Positions 33,417-47,016 of a DNA stretch of 64,000 bases are shown one piece after another (positions within the stretch are counted from its first letter, which is position 1; every line of letters begins with the position of its first letter). Position numbers and translations under genes: made by a program. Origin of the DNA: Marsupella aquatica. Taxonomy: Eukaryota > Plantae > Marchantiophyta. A model generated the notes under the pieces. It searched no databases and was not told where the DNA came from. It was given only the letters and a program-made list of their open reading frames with translations. The DNA lies in NCBI GenBank assembly GCA_973895155.1, contig OZ316893.1, positions 4,322,490-4,386,489 on the forward strand, read 5' to 3'.

Positions 33417-35719
33417 TTAAGGCTGCCCGAATTCCCAGTCTTTGAAAGATAGGAAGTAGCTCACTCCACAAGCTGTTACGAAAGACATATATAAAATGAA
33501 TTTTGCCGTCAAAGAAGAATTTACAGCAGATTCCGCTCCCGCCTTCCAGAGATATAACCAAAACGCACCGGCCGCACTTCCCACTGAGCAGCCCACCAAA
33601 ACTTGAGGGACGGTGTGTAATCCCTCCCGAACACGAAGCCAAGACTGCAAAAACGCCAAATCAGTATTTAGTTGCTCGTCACTGGTCACTGCCTCCCACA
33701 GCTACTGTGCTCGGTTCGCTAAAATTATCGTAGGATTGCTCAAAAAATAGCTGACCGCACAAAATTCACCGAGGTTCAAGTTATTCCGATTTTGATCTGT
33801 TAGACACTTCCGTTGTTCTACCAATCATCCTCTCCAGACTCCAACTAGCAGATGCCCTTACATCTTGCATTGATCTATCATTTTCAAGCACCTTACCAAG
33901 TATCCACTGCTCATAAGTATCCCTAATGCACTTATGCACGACCAAACATTTACGCCTTGCCACAAGAGAACTGCCACAAGCCAACGAAACTTGTCAGTAT
34001 TGAAAGAAATGTGCCCTAACAACGAGATTACAACGCAATCGACTGATCAAGCTAGAAGGTGTTAAGTAGGGATGTAGCGAACGGGGTCATGTTAATATCC
34101 ACACATGACCCTCGGCATCGGGATGTTCCCTCTAAATATTACATTAACCATCGACTTCTTCTTAAACTCTTGCAATTATAAGTACGATCAAGTTTAGAGG
34201 TTCGATCCGTAACACGGAACTTCAATTCAAATCAAGTGAAGTCAGTTAAAATCGCTTCAGTTCAGTTCAGTTCAGTTCAATAAACTTAACTTAACTTAAC
34301 TTAACTTAACTTCATTTCAATTCAAATTCAGGTCAGTTCAATTGAGTGAATCGAATTGAGGTGAGGTGATTTCAAAGTCTTGCAGACCTAGGAAAGAGCA
34401 TTCCGCGTCTGGCGAAGCTGTAGAGCCGTAAACCATGTAAATGTTGTTACTCAGAAGTGTGACGGCTTCAAGAGGAGGTCAGTGGCTTGCGGTTTGACAG
34501 TCACAATCGTTGCTTCGAAAGCAGGGGGCAGCAACAGTTGCACATGGAAGATAAAGCGAGGCACAGGGAAAGAAACGTACAGGCGAGAGAGGTATAAGAA
34601 GCAAGATAGAAGAATCCCTGAGCATGAGATGATGGCATGCCAGGATCCCCCTTGACTCCATCAGCAGTTGAAGGTCGATTTTCATTGATGAGATACTTAA
34701 GGAGCTTGCAAAAGCCCCCACTTACAACGGATCCTATGGCAAACCATACCGCGTGATCGTCATGCCTCCACAGAATTCCTGCCGCGACCAATCCCACCAC
34801 CACCCATTTGGACTGCAGCAGTGCCCGGGACAGGATTTGTTAGAATCACGCTATATCGCTGCTTTGTTGCACATGCTAAGCTGCTCATTGAGAACCTAGG
34901 GTGAAAACTACAAATGATCCTCATTCAGAGAAACATTCCGCATTCCCCGAAGATACCGGACGAGACATGCAAGGGCACTGGAGGAAAAAATATTCAATTC
35001 AGTGGCCTTGTAACAGTGTTGAGACGATCAACTCTTAAAGACTTTCATCGGCAGACGATAACTCTTGTGTAATTGATAGTCACCGGAGGCCACTTGGCCA
35101 TGCACACAAAATGTAAAGTAAGATCGGAATTGACTAGATTGGTGTCAAATTGTAGTATGCAAGGGCAAAGAAAGACTCATAAACGAATTGCCATTAAATG
35201 CTACATCAGTAGGCAGGGACCAGAGAGAGGACGAAAGAATGAATGAGTGACTGATTGAAATTGAACTCGGAATTGAACTCCATCCGGGCGCAAACGGAAA
35301 CAGAGCGGAGAACAGAGGGACACTGGTCGAAGGAATGAAAAGAAAGACAACCGTACCGCTTTATTTATCTCCGAATTCAAAGTCGAACTCCGTTTCAGTC
35401 CCGGCTCGCCCACTACTAGTGATTCTAACTCAATGGCATCTGCGGCCCTCTCTTCCACGCCAGAATTCTCCATCCCTACTACACCACTTCCCCTCCAACT
35501 CCTTCTCTGAATTCTGCTCCTCAAAGTGCTGTCAGTGGCCCTGGATCTACTCCTCAACCCTTGATTCCAATAAACATACTTTCTTTTGCACGACGCAATC
35601 TCCAAACCCAACAAGAACTTCCTCTGCCTCTCCACCACCGATCGCCCACCCGGACCAGCCATCGTCGACAATCCCCATGGCTGTTGCTGCTGCTGCGGAA
35701 GAGCACCAATTTGCAACAT
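33417..35719 (-). CDS. LPPE: Lipid phosphate phosphatase epsilon-like (PAP2 family, probably plastid). Exons 35719-35357, 34812-34581, 33970-33897, 33644-33417.
   Basis: PAP2 motifs KYLINENRP, PGMPSSHAQ, SWLRVREGLHTVPQVLVG. GT-AG junctions keep the frame. Arg/Ser-rich N-terminus. Start codon less certain. Confidence 0.9.
34255..34312. repeat. Intronic pentanucleotide microsatellites (TTCAG)n and (AACTT)n
   Basis: ttcagttcagttcagttcag followed by aacttaacttaacttaactt. Confidence 0.85.
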
Positions 35720-36116
35720 CAGGCCAGTGATGCAAATGCCTCCACAAGAAACAAGAAAGAGGCGAGCAACAACCAGACCCACAAGCTCAGCTCAGCTCAG
35801 GTGATCCGATCCGCTTCTTTGCCAAATCTCAAGAACAGTGAACGAGCCCAAGATTCTCACGGTTGCTCACTCAATTCTCCAGACTGTAAGAGGACTGTAA
35901 GAGGGATAACAAAACAGTCTTGACAAGCGCGGGAGTGCATCTGTTTTAAAAAGGGGACTTCTTAAAAGGAAGATGCGCAACTACAGGTTTTATTCAGTCA
36001 GGTAATGTCACAAACACTAACGGCCCTCCAGTCCAATTCCGGGGCGGGGACCCCTTATGGAGTTGAGGCCGTTTGTCTAGGTTTACAGGCAATGGTAGGT
36101 TTTTAGGGGGGCTTTA

Positions 36117-36905
36117 GAGCATCTTCAACCATAGCGGATCATTTGGCGCCTGCCAAAAATGGAGAGTTGCCCCCTTCCACGCAATCCCCACCAACGACAC
36201 CCCATTCTGACCCCCATCCCATGAAGCTTGCATACGAGCTGGGGCCCACCTGGTCCAAAATAACGTGAAGTGGGTTGTGGCACATTGCCCGTGGTTTTGC
36301 GTGTGTTTCTGTTCCTCTGGTTCTTGCAGACCTCGACTCCCTTCTGGCAAAATTGGATGTCACAGGAAGCATGTCAATCCTACGGAGTGAATTTGTTGGG
36401 GTTGATTTGTGCTCCGTGCTTCCCTTCAGGTGTTCGCTTTCACTTTACGGCCAGCTTTACCTGGTTTTGATTGGGAGAAATTAATCAGTCTTCACAAACC
36501 AGGTTGTGCTTAATTCATCTATTGAGAATGGACCTGGAAGGGTGGCTGGCAGATCTCAAGGAAGAATTGGACGAGGAGGAGGTTGATTGGGATGAGGAAC
36601 AAAGATTTTGGGAGTTGATGATGTTCACGGGACCCCTTTCTATTCTGAATTTGGGCCAGCAACCAAGGAAAAGAAAGCACAGAGGGTCTAGACCAGGCAA
36701 GAGTGAGAATGTGGAGAAACATAGAGAAAAAGAGGCAGAAGACCTATGGAATGATTATTTTTCTGAGACACCAACCTATGATGAATTGAAATTCAGGAGG
36801 CTATGAAGAATGAGCAGCAGTTTGTTTAACAAAATACTTCTTGATGTGTGTGCTCATGACACTTATTTCCATCTAAAGGTTGATGCTGTAGGAAAGGGAG
36901 GTATT
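36117..36905 (+). mobile_element. Truncated PIF/Harbinger DNA transposon with transposase N-terminal remnant (~36528-36905)
   Basis: TTA followed by TIR-like GAGCATCTTCAAC. Translation HRGSRPGK..LWNDYFSETPTY..KFRRL*RMSSSLFNKI..HDTYF..KVDAVGKGG is typical of Harbinger-derived plant transposases. Other end not found. Confidence 0.8.
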
Positions 36906-38049
36906 CTATGTTGCAAGCAAACAGGAGATTTTGATAGCGAGGAAATGTTATTAGCAAGACACATTACTTTGGTGTCAGTTCTATTTTTGGTGTTTTTTAA
37001 AGACTCCAAATGGCTAGCGAGCTCGCTAGCAAAATGACTAAATTTGGCAATACTTTGCTTGATTGTGCCCCCAAGTTTATGTAAAGTGAACTGTGGCCTG
37101 TTCTCACATTTGAATGGCTAAGATTGCATCTCACACATGGAGAAAATTAAGGGAATTGTTGCCCCTAAGTTCTTGAATATAAAGCCACCCTTAGTTTCTC
37201 GTTAGTGTAGTTGGGGACTTTTGCTAGAGACTCTCAGGCTTTTTGTCTTTTTGAGTTGTTCACCTCTATGCCTCCCCTTTCTTGGGTCTCTTGCCTGTGG
37301 GATTGTCCCGGATGGGCATATAATTTTGTTTTTTGGTTTCTCCTAGAATGATGGGGGGCCTTTTGCTTTTGGGGGGCGACTTGTAATATATAATGGGAGG
37401 TTGCCCTGGATCACAGCAGATTGACACTCTTTGCTGTCACCCAAAAATTTGAGAAGAATTATTATATTGAAAAGAATTGGTGATTTAGAGGTGACAATGT
37501 TTTTGGTGGGTAAGCCTAAACTGAATCCATTCTAATGTTTGGCAGACTAGTACCTGACCACATGCATGATTGTGTTTGTGTGTATGTAGGCAGAAAAGCT
37601 TCCTATGTGTTGAGGTGTAAGCAATAAAACTTTCCTGGCTATATGTTGGGGTGTTTCAAAACAATTGAGAACATAGCAGAATTAAGTTGGACAGTCCGTG
37701 ATGACTGCATTTGTAGCAGGATTTGTAGCTTGCACGCAGGAAAAACTTGGTTTATTTCTTTGGATTGTTGATATAATGTATATTATTAGTCTATGTTCAT
37801 GACCTATTCTGCAGAGTGAAGCTCTAGACCATAATTTAGCTGGTAACAGTTATTTTAATATATAAATTATACTTGTGAGTAGGGACAAACATGGGAAGTA
37901 TGGGTGCATGGATCCCATGGTGTGCATACAAACAAGTATTCTTGTTAGTTATTACAACTACCTGCACAAGTGCCTGTAGCACATATTAACACATTTAACT
38001 CACCCAATGAAAGAGGTTTGACCTGCAACCCCTATTTCATGCAAGCAGG

Positions 38050-38441
38050 TCTTGCCATCTTTTTCTCATCTCGCCATCATTTCTCACATTAATTGACATC
38101 TTTTATATTTCACCACGACATCTTATTCTCATCCTCAACTTTTTTTTCTCACCCTCGACATTTTCTTGCTCCTTGACATTTTTAATCACCTTGACATTTT
38201 TTCTCAACTTGACATCTTATCTTTGTCTCACCAAAATATCATTCCTTCAACATTGATATATTTTCTCTCCTTGATGTCTTTACATGTTTTTCTCACCTCA
38301 CCATCTTTTCACTCCTTGACATATTTTCCTCACCTTGGTATTTTTTTTCTCTCATTGACATCTTTTCTCAACATCTTTTTCTCACGTCGACAACTTTTCT
38401 CACCTCAACATCTTTTGTGCAACACACGGGTATTGGGCTAG
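38050..38441 (+). mobile_element. Non-autonomous Helitron-like 3' part with ~20-bp degenerate minisatellite
   Basis: Ends ttttGTGCaacaCACgggtattgggCTAG-t. Internal repeats like ttttctcaccttgacatc. 5' boundary approximate. Confidence 0.6.
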
Positions 38442-38453
38442 TTATATATATTA

Positions 38454-38820
38454 CTAGGCTGATGCATGTGCATTGCACAAAAGATGTTGAGATAAGAAAA
38501 GATGTTGAGGTGAGAAAAAGATGTTGATGAAAGAAAAGGATGTCAAGGTGAGGAAACAAAATCGAGGTACTACATATATAAGAAAAACCAGAAGAAAAAC
38601 ATTTTGGGGAGAGGAAAGATAGCAAAGTGAGAAAAAGATGTCAAAGAGAGAAAGGATGTCGAGGGTGAGGGAAATATGTCATGGTGAGATACATATGTCA
38701 AGGTAAGAAAAAGATGACAAGATGAGAAAAAAGATAAGATGTATGTCAAGGTGAGAAAAGATGTTGAGGTGAGAAAAACATATCAAGGTGAGAAAACATC
38801 TAGATGAGAGAAAAAGATGA
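38454..38820 (-). mobile_element. Non-autonomous Helitron-like 3' part (same family, opposite strand)
   Basis: Minus strand ends ttttGTGCaatGCACatgcatcagcCTAG-t. Same minisatellite. Confidence 0.6.
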
Positions 38821-38823
38821 GGA

Positions 38824-39390
38824 GGCTACCCTTCTTTGCCTCCCGTGCCTGTGCCTAGGGTAGCCTTGCTCAAAATGCCTTCATGTTGTTGCATAACACA
38901 GGTCCTTTGGCAAAGGAGTTGCGGCAAAAAATGGTGGTGAGTGCAAGATTTTTGCCCAATTGTTGGATCAGACCAATGAGTCCCCCAATGCTCAATCCTT
39001 GCTAGCCCTGCCCTCCTACCCCAGCCAGATAAAATTCACCTCACCCTCAATTGAAAGAAAATAAATACAACGCCCCGCACCATCCAAATAACTGGAAGGG
39101 CCAAGGTGAACAGACAATTACCAACCCTAACACCCTCTTTACAGGAGGCCATAAAAAACAAAACCTAGTACCTAGGCTAAGAAAACAAAAACGCCTTACC
39201 AACTAAACTTCTTCTTTTAAAAGTGGAGTTTGGGAAAATAAAAACAAACGGACAAAAAATAGGGGAAGCCTACTTAGGAGCATGAAGGCATTGTGAGCGA
39301 GGCTACCCTAGGCCAGGCATAGGCAGCCTACGTGGATGATTGTAGGGATTGTGGGCCAGGCTAGGCACAGGAGGCAAGGAAGGGTAGCTT
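38824..39390. mobile_element. Fold-back / MITE-like element
   Basis: ggctacccttctttgcctcccgtgcct...cctagggtagccttgctcaaaatgccttcatg is mirrored by catgaaggcattgtgagcgaggctaccctagg...aggcacaggaggcaaggaagggtagc. TSD not resolved. Confidence 0.55.
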
Positions 39391-39890
39391 GGGCACGGGC
39401 TGCCACATAGCACAGTGATCTAGGCCACAAGAATTGTGGGCAATAAAGAAAAGTCACTTTTGGGTGATCCAAAGGTAAGGAACATATACTTTAGATTCAA
39501 CAGCTGAGATTGATTCCTGCCCACATCTGCTTTTGTAAGCAGAGAATGGCCCCTCTGGGGTTTCACTTCCACAAAAATGGTATATCACGTGCGACGAAGG
39601 ATAGGGTCATTTTATTGTTGTAAGGGAAGACTTAAGAATTTTTGTAGAAGAACAATAAGGTCTTTTAAATTCAATTTTGAGACTTATAAGAACATTAGAG
39701 CCTTTTTAATAAATCCAATTTTTGGAATATTCCAAGAATATTCCAACTTTATAGGGGTTAAAAAATAAAAAAAATTCTTACATTTTAGGGGGTCCAAAGC
39801 CTAAAAACGTCGCAGGTGATGGGGAGGTCCCCATATAGTGAGACCCCCGAGGATGGCCCCAAATGGGCGAGATTGAGTATTATAGAGTTA

Positions 39891-40600
39891 CCAGCCCGAT
39901 GCCTGTGCATTGCACAAAAGATTTTGAGGTGAGGAAAAGGTGTTGAGATGAAAACAGATGTTGATGAGAGAAAAAGATGTTGAAATGGAAAAAACTGTCG
40001 ATGAGGGAACCCGGGTGAGAGAAAAAGATGTTGAGGTGAGAAAAATATGTCGGGGAGAGAAATGATGGCAACTTGGTGAGGAAATGATGTAAAGATGAGG
40101 AAAAAATGTTGAGGAGAGAAAAAATGTTGTGGGTGAGGGAAAGATGTCATGGGGAGATAAAGATGTCAAGATGAGAAAAAGATGACAATATAAGAAAGAG
40201 ATATGATGTTGATGAGAGAAAAACAATGTCTAGGTGAGAATTTAAAGATGTAAAGATGAGGAAAAGATGTCGAGGAGAGAACAAAATGTCAAGGGTGAGG
40301 CAAAGATGTCACAGTGAGATAAAGATGTCAAAGTAAAAACGGGAGTAAAAAAAAGATGACAATATAAGAAAAAGATGTTGAGGCGAGGAAAAGATGTTAA
40401 GGTGATAAAAGATCTTGAGGAGAGAAAAAGATGTCAAGTGGAGAAAATATGTCAAGTGAGGAAAAATATCATGGTGGGGTAAAGATGTGAATGTGGGTGT
40501 AAATGTGAAAAAAGATGTCAAGACAAGGAAAAGATGTCAAGGCCAATGTGGAAGAGCAATAAATATGTGAAGAATGATGAGAAAAAATGCTAAGGTGAGG
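39891..40600 (-). mobile_element. Third Helitron-like copy with a long ~20-bp minisatellite array
   Basis: Minus strand ends ttttGTGCaatGCACaggcatcgggCTGG-t (CTRR). Repeats of gatgtcaaggtgagaaaaa. Confidence 0.6.
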
Positions 40601-42079
40601 GCATATAAAGGAGCTTTGCCATGTAGTTGTTGAGGTATTAATGTTGTGCGTGATCGTGACCATATAATTGTTATGGACGTGTTTTGTAACTCGTGTTGCA
40701 CATAAAAATTGGCGACGCAAGATAACGGCCAGCAGATCATAGAGTCTAACCGAGAGACCAGAAAAATTTGCTTTTTTTTCAAGTTTTCAATTTTTAGAGA
40801 AATAAGCATTTCTATATTTTATTTACTTTCCATAATTTTTTAAATCATAAATTTTCCCCATTTTTCTAAATATAAATACAGTTAATTATTGAAAATTAAG
40901 TTTGCATCTTGGGTAGGTGCAGGCTGGCTAAATTGTAGCTTGGGCAGGCATTTATGTTAAATGGTGTGTATGGATAGATCTGACGATGTAAAAAAACACT
41001 GTTTTGATAAAGGTCTAAGAGCGATTCCTTTGCTTATGAGTTTGGAAAAGAACTATATATCCCATCTTTTTGGTGGGATAGGGTATTATAGGGGAGACAC
41101 TCCTTCCCCCCTTTCCCTACCTCAAAGACAAATCAAAAGGAATTATTATTTTTTGCTTTTTGAGAAAAAATGAAAACAAAACTGCACAAATTCACTTAAA
41201 CCACAACTTGCCCTATATAAGGGGAAGTGTCCAAGACCTCCCCCCTTTTGCACATTTCAATCATTGTTCTCCTCTAGCATGTAAGTTTTCTCCACAATTT
41301 CAGGAAAAATGGTAACTAGAGGTAACCCGTAACCCGTAGCTTTTGAAGGGCAATTGTGGTTTTACTGATAAATCTATTGTTCAAAATTATATACACCCAT
41401 TTTATTTGGAGAGTGTTACTGATTATACATCTACTTCCTTCCAATAATACAAAGGACTTTAGCATGTAATGATTGAGTACACTATTAAATATTCATTTGT
41501 GACAAAATATTCCTTAACTTGTGCCAGCTAGGTGTTCACTCACAATTATTATCACCTAATGTAGGTAGCTTATTGTCTTGTTTGCTTTGTATACACTCAT
41601 TCTAACTGAGTGATCAAAGGTGGAAATAAACTATAACACAAATCCAATGGTAAATGAGTGTTCCCACCAAATCTTGTTTTGTAAACCAATGATTGACAAC
41701 TTTTGGCAGGATTGAGGATTATAGTTGATTGACTGTAGAAGATAAAGCATAATAGCCCTAAAAGCTTGGGCTTAAACTCTCCATTTTAGAGATATTATAG
41801 TACACAATGCCCTGGAGACAAGGCATTACTATTATAGCATACTCATCCTAGGACATAAAAAGTTAATTTGTCCTATGCGGGAGATAAAAACAGTTACCCA
41901 TGCAGTGGGGGCAATGGGAAAGTGAAAGGGGATGAGTATACTTAGGGGTATCCGTAGCACAGGGGTATCCAAGGCACTAGGTGTCAGGGGTTTCCAATGT
42001 GAGGTATACGTTTTCAAAAGCATATAGGGCAAGGGCAAGGGCAAGGGTCAGCGTGATGTATCGGAGCTCATGATTGGCT

Positions 42080-43150
42080 GGCTGCATTTGTGCTCCTCGC
42101 ATTTGTGCTCTCATTTGCTCCCAGCTCTTGCTGATGCTCGCTCCCGACTCGATGTCAATGTGCTCTCATTTGTGCTCCTAGCTCTCAACTCTCGTTCTCA
42201 CTCTAGCTGCTCAGTTTTGCTTTCACTGCTATCTCGATGTTGTGGTGGCTGATCAGATCGATACCAACTCAATCTTGTTGGCGCTTTTGCTGCTGCCTCG
42301 ATGTTGCTTGATGTCTCCCTCTCGATGCTCTATCTTGCTGCTCTCTTGATGCTGCTCCCTCTCGATGCTGCGCTTCTGAGAATGGGGCGATGGTGATGGG
42401 GAACGCGGGGGTCCAGATCATCAGATTGATGCTTGATGCTGCTGGGTGCTGCCATGCTCATCGTTCTCGTGCTGCTTAGGCTCATCGCTCTTGTGTTGCG
42501 ATGTTGCTGGGTGCTTGGCTTGATCGTTGCAACTTGGCTGCTGCTTGTGCTTGTGCTCGAAGCTTGGCTGCTGCTTAACTTGTGCTGAGGCTCATCGTTG
42601 CCCTCGCTGCTTTGACTCTCGTTGTGCTATTTCTGGAGCTGTTGTGACTTTGTTCTCAATGCTGCCGCCCTGGTAAAATGTTTTGCTCTTGTGGGACTTC
42701 GCTCGGTCTGCCTCTGAATGCTGCCTCTCTCATTGATGCTGCTTCGCTCTCGTGGGACTTGGCTGATGCTCTCGTTGATGGCTGCTTCGCAGCTGATGCT
42801 GCTGCCTCTCGCAGTTGATGCTGCAGCTGCCTCTTGCAGCTCGCCTCAATCTGAAGCATATACTGCAGGTAAACTGGTCTCTCGCTGCTGCTGTAAGGTT
42901 GATAGCTTGGCCAGCTTTCAGTGAGATTTGGTCTCGATCGCTGCTGTCGTTGCTGTGACATTGAGCTGCTGGATGCGAGCTGCTTTCTTGATGCGCTCTC
43001 GATGCTGTCGCTGCTGTTTGCTGTGACATTGCTGGATGCAAGCTGCTCGGTCTGCTGGAGGCTCAGTGACTCGCTGCTGGGCCTGATTGTTGCTTTCCCT
43101 GCTTTGCTCTACCTGCTGCTGTTGGGCCTTGGTGCTACTCAGACCTCTGT
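42080..43150. repeat. Low-complexity, strand-skewed (GCT/CTC/GAT-rich, A-poor) tract, probably decayed TE sequence
   Basis: Recurrent gctgct / ctcgatgct motifs, no recognisable protein. Confidence 0.45.
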
Positions 43151-45839
43151 GCTCAAACTAGTTTTGAGCTGGGCTATGAGTTGGCTGTGTGCTTTGCTCA
43201 ATTTTGGCTCTTTCGGCACATTTCTGACTTGTTTTGGTGCCATGGCTGCTCGTTTTCTCCTCAATTTTGGTCTCAATGCATTATGCAAGGTTTGCCTTCG
43301 ATGCTACTTGTTTGGCTCGATGCTCCATGGAGGTCCATTTTGAGCTGTGTAAGCCCAGACAAGTTGGCTTGGGCAGGTGTTCTATTACCTTCAGCATCTT
43401 TGGAGATTTTCAAAGTCTTGACCAATGCTCAATGCTCAGTTTTTCAGACAGTGGTTACTGTGCTTGGGAGGCTATCTAGTTCTCTAGACAGTTCATGGTT
43501 CAATTCCCTGACATAGTTTTGAGTGAGTTCGAGGAAGTTTGAATATTGCTTGGGTTTACTGCTCACCTCTTGCATTGGCACACCTCTTGTATGTGCTTCC
43601 CCTGAAAAAAATTCCACCATTGCTCCAATAAACTTTTTATTATTTTGTCTTTGGAAGAAATTCTGTAATTGCTTGGTACCCAAGTTGCTTCTCACACAGG
43701 AAATTTTGGTGTCATTTGCCATGTGCAGGGCCCGGTGCTCTTGCAATTTGTTCTCAGAAAAAATTCTGCCAATGCTGGGATTTGGTTTAAACTTAAAACT
43801 TAGATTTTTCTAACTAGGGGCAAGAAAATAAATCAAAAGTACTGGTTTCTTTTATTGCATTCAAGGGGTTTGAAAATCACACCTAGGGTAACTATTTGGA
43901 GAAATGTCTTACCTTAACAGCACATTAAAACTCTAATTTATGCTAAAATAAAACAGGCTTCAAAAGAAACATAGCCATGGTTTGCCATATAGCAATGTCG
44001 GAATTATATGCAAAAAATTACAATTTAAGACAATAGAAATTCATCCCTGAAATTCTAGGTTGCTTCTAGATACGATTTAAAACCAACATAAAATGATGGG
44101 GTATTATCTTTGATTATAATGACCTACAAATCAACATAAGAAACCCTAGACTCAGTGCCAAGTAAAATAGAGAAAATTCAAGTTAGAAAACAAGTTTGAT
44201 AGGAGAAAGCTCTCATCGGCCAATCCATCACAGTGTGAAATAACAAAAAATGAGTTAGTAGCTCAATCCCTCTACTGGTCACTCCTTTCCTAAGATGATC
44301 CAACTTAGTTACATAAAAGACAGTTCTAGAGGATCCTTATTTTTCCTTGGTATAATAAGTGGGTTTTGCCAATGAAATCTCTTGTGTTCATATGGGAGTT
44401 TGTAGACTTACCTACAAACACTCGTCAGCACTACCCACAAAAGTTTTAAACAGAGTATCAACTGTGGTCTACAAAATAGGCCAATTAATGAGTTCTAAAT
44501 GGGTGCCCATGCATACACTTACTCTGACTATTACAAAATGAAATTCCCAACAAAATTATCCTCATTGGTTTTTTCCAACCTGAATTTTCCTACTTGGCTA
44601 GCTTACGCACTTCTTATTTTCCCCACTTTTGTGCTAGCATGCTAGGGAAAAGGGTTTGTAAGTGGAAGTCTTGCCAACATAGGAGCGTGTCCATTTTGCC
44701 CAAGTGTGCCCGATAAGTGTGTCATCAGTGCACTCATTGGTCACACTTTGCCCATCCAAAGTTTTTGACCACTCGATCAGCTAACTTTGACATTCACTAT
44801 AGCACTTAATATTCCGAGTATGGATTCCTTTTACCAGCATGGAAAGATATTTCCCTGAGAATTGAGAGACCTAGAAATTTCCAAAGATGGCTCTCTCATT
44901 GGCTTGCCACATTTTACGCATCCATGTAATATTATGCACTATATATAAGGAAAAAGGACCGAGGGTTTTGGCAAAAGTGGAGGTCCATACACGATTCAAA
45001 TTTGAAAAGAGTTGAATAATATAAAAATGTGAGGTATTACCTGAAATGACAAATAAATTTTGTTTCGCCCACCAGGTTGGCATTAAGTTGTCTATGTCTA
45101 GATACCAAATCAAACACATTGAAGGAACCACGAGAAGTTACGTTTCCTGAACCTGGCCGCATTTGGAATTTACCGTCTTCTGTCACATAGTTTAATTCAA
45201 CAAAGGTATTTTGGTCTGGCTTTCGTTGGAAATTTATGTTAATTAATAATTAATATGCTTGCTTCGAAGCGTCCGGCAGTATCGATCAGGCTCGAATTCG
45301 CTCCAGGGTTTTATTGCACTGTCAGCTGGAATTTCCTGATTTGCTGAGGAATTTCCCGGTTCTCACACCGGACACCTGTAAGGTACCACTTTCGGCCAAA
45401 TTGAACTTGCACGGACCTTCTTTAGAAAGTTTCTGGCAGACCGTCATAGGTGGGGACCAATTCCACATAGAGTATGTGAGAACTAAGTTAGTAGCTGGGT
45501 CGGCCTTTTTTTTTTCGTTCATCCTGGGTCAGATGGTGAGAAATCTCTGCGTCTCTTGTTCTAGTTTGAGGCATTCGGTGTCAAGTTCGACTTCGAGTTC
45601 GGGGTGGTGCGTACTGTACTTGAGTTGGAGTGGAAGGCAGGGTATTTACTGTTCTGAGAATATTTCGTCTGTCGTCTCAATGATACGTTTCCAGCCAATA
45701 ATATCGACAAGGTTAGGGCTACACTCCAACTCAAACCATACATTTTGCTGGAACCACACTTTCAATTGGGAATTTTGGCAGCAACTGACCATGATGTGAT
45801 TCGTTTTAATTTCTTTGCTGTATATTCCTCGAAGATCCA

Positions 45840-47016
45840 GATTTAAGGGCAGCCAAAATTCAGGCAGTCAAAATTCAACTATTGTGAGAGGCTTAACACA
45901 CTGGCTTATAGTAAACGCAAATTGACAACGGGATTGCGAATAGATAGGGGGCCGGGACCATGCAAGTTCAACTTAATTTGGTTTCTGAATCTTATTTGTT
46001 GTCCATATATGCATCATACTAAGCTGGCTCCGCGTCTGAGATATTGCGCAGCGTTTTTAAGAGTTTTTCCGTGTGGTTAATATGGCTATTGACTAATTCA
46101 CACTAATAGACTCTGATCACCTCCTCCAATATTTCTTCCCCGCCGCCTAGTGCGTTGTTCAGACCTGTACTTTTTTCGAATTAAGGATGACCTACAAATT
46201 ATACCCAAGATATATACACTTTTGAGTATGGGAGAGAGTCATGTACATTGTTGCGTTCATGCAGATAGTGAGGTTAATTAGAAGTGCTCAAATGTAGACA
46301 GTTACAAAATCACTGTTATGCTACTCATTTTGCAGGGATGGAAAGCAATTTTATATAGGCCAGTACTTACCTTAACAGCCCAGCATGTTTCTACACGCAT
46401 CATGCAGTTCTTTCGTCACGCATTCATTTCCTATTAGTAGCAATTATATAAGAGGCATTCAGGTCAACACTATTTTCCGTGTCCTGACGATAGTTCTAAG
46501 TGCCCTCGTTCTTATCTATTCCAGGTTCATATGGATCAGCTACAGAGGCAGCCAGGTCATCTCCAAATTTGTTTTAGTTGAAATGTTCTCTTCCTTTTTC
46601 TTTTTCTAGATTTGTCTTGTGGTGAGGAATAGAAAATTCACATCAGTTGTGTTGAGTCAATATTTGTCATCAAGGAGTTCAGATTTTATATGCACAATTG
46701 TAACCGTCATGGCCAATCTCCAGTTCGTTGTTTGAATAAACTGGTCTGCAGCCTATGATAAAGCAAGTACGAAGCATTTGGATGCTGCAACTGCCCAGCA
46801 GAACTACAGAGGCATCTGTGATTATAGCCGTAGATGTTAAGGAGGATATGTCAATACCTGTCTGAAATTGGTGATCGTCTGAGATTTGAGGGCAGCAAAA
46901 TTCAAGCAGTGAGTCAATATTTAACTAATGTCGGAGGCTCAATAAATTCACTTATGGCAAACACAAATTGACATCGAAATTGCGAATAGATAAGTGGACC
47001 ATGCAAGTTCAACTTT
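45840..47016 (+). repeat. Diverged ~135-bp direct repeat pair (45840-45975 and 46882-47016)
   Basis: Both read gattt.agggcagc.aaaattca.gcagt...caaattgaca.cg..attgcgaatagata...ggaccatgcaagttcaactt. Confidence 0.75.

Noticed and set aside
42656-43813. Gln/Ala/Ser-rich ORFs on both strands
   Set aside because: Low-complexity artefacts with no domain, splice structure or TE termini I could confirm.
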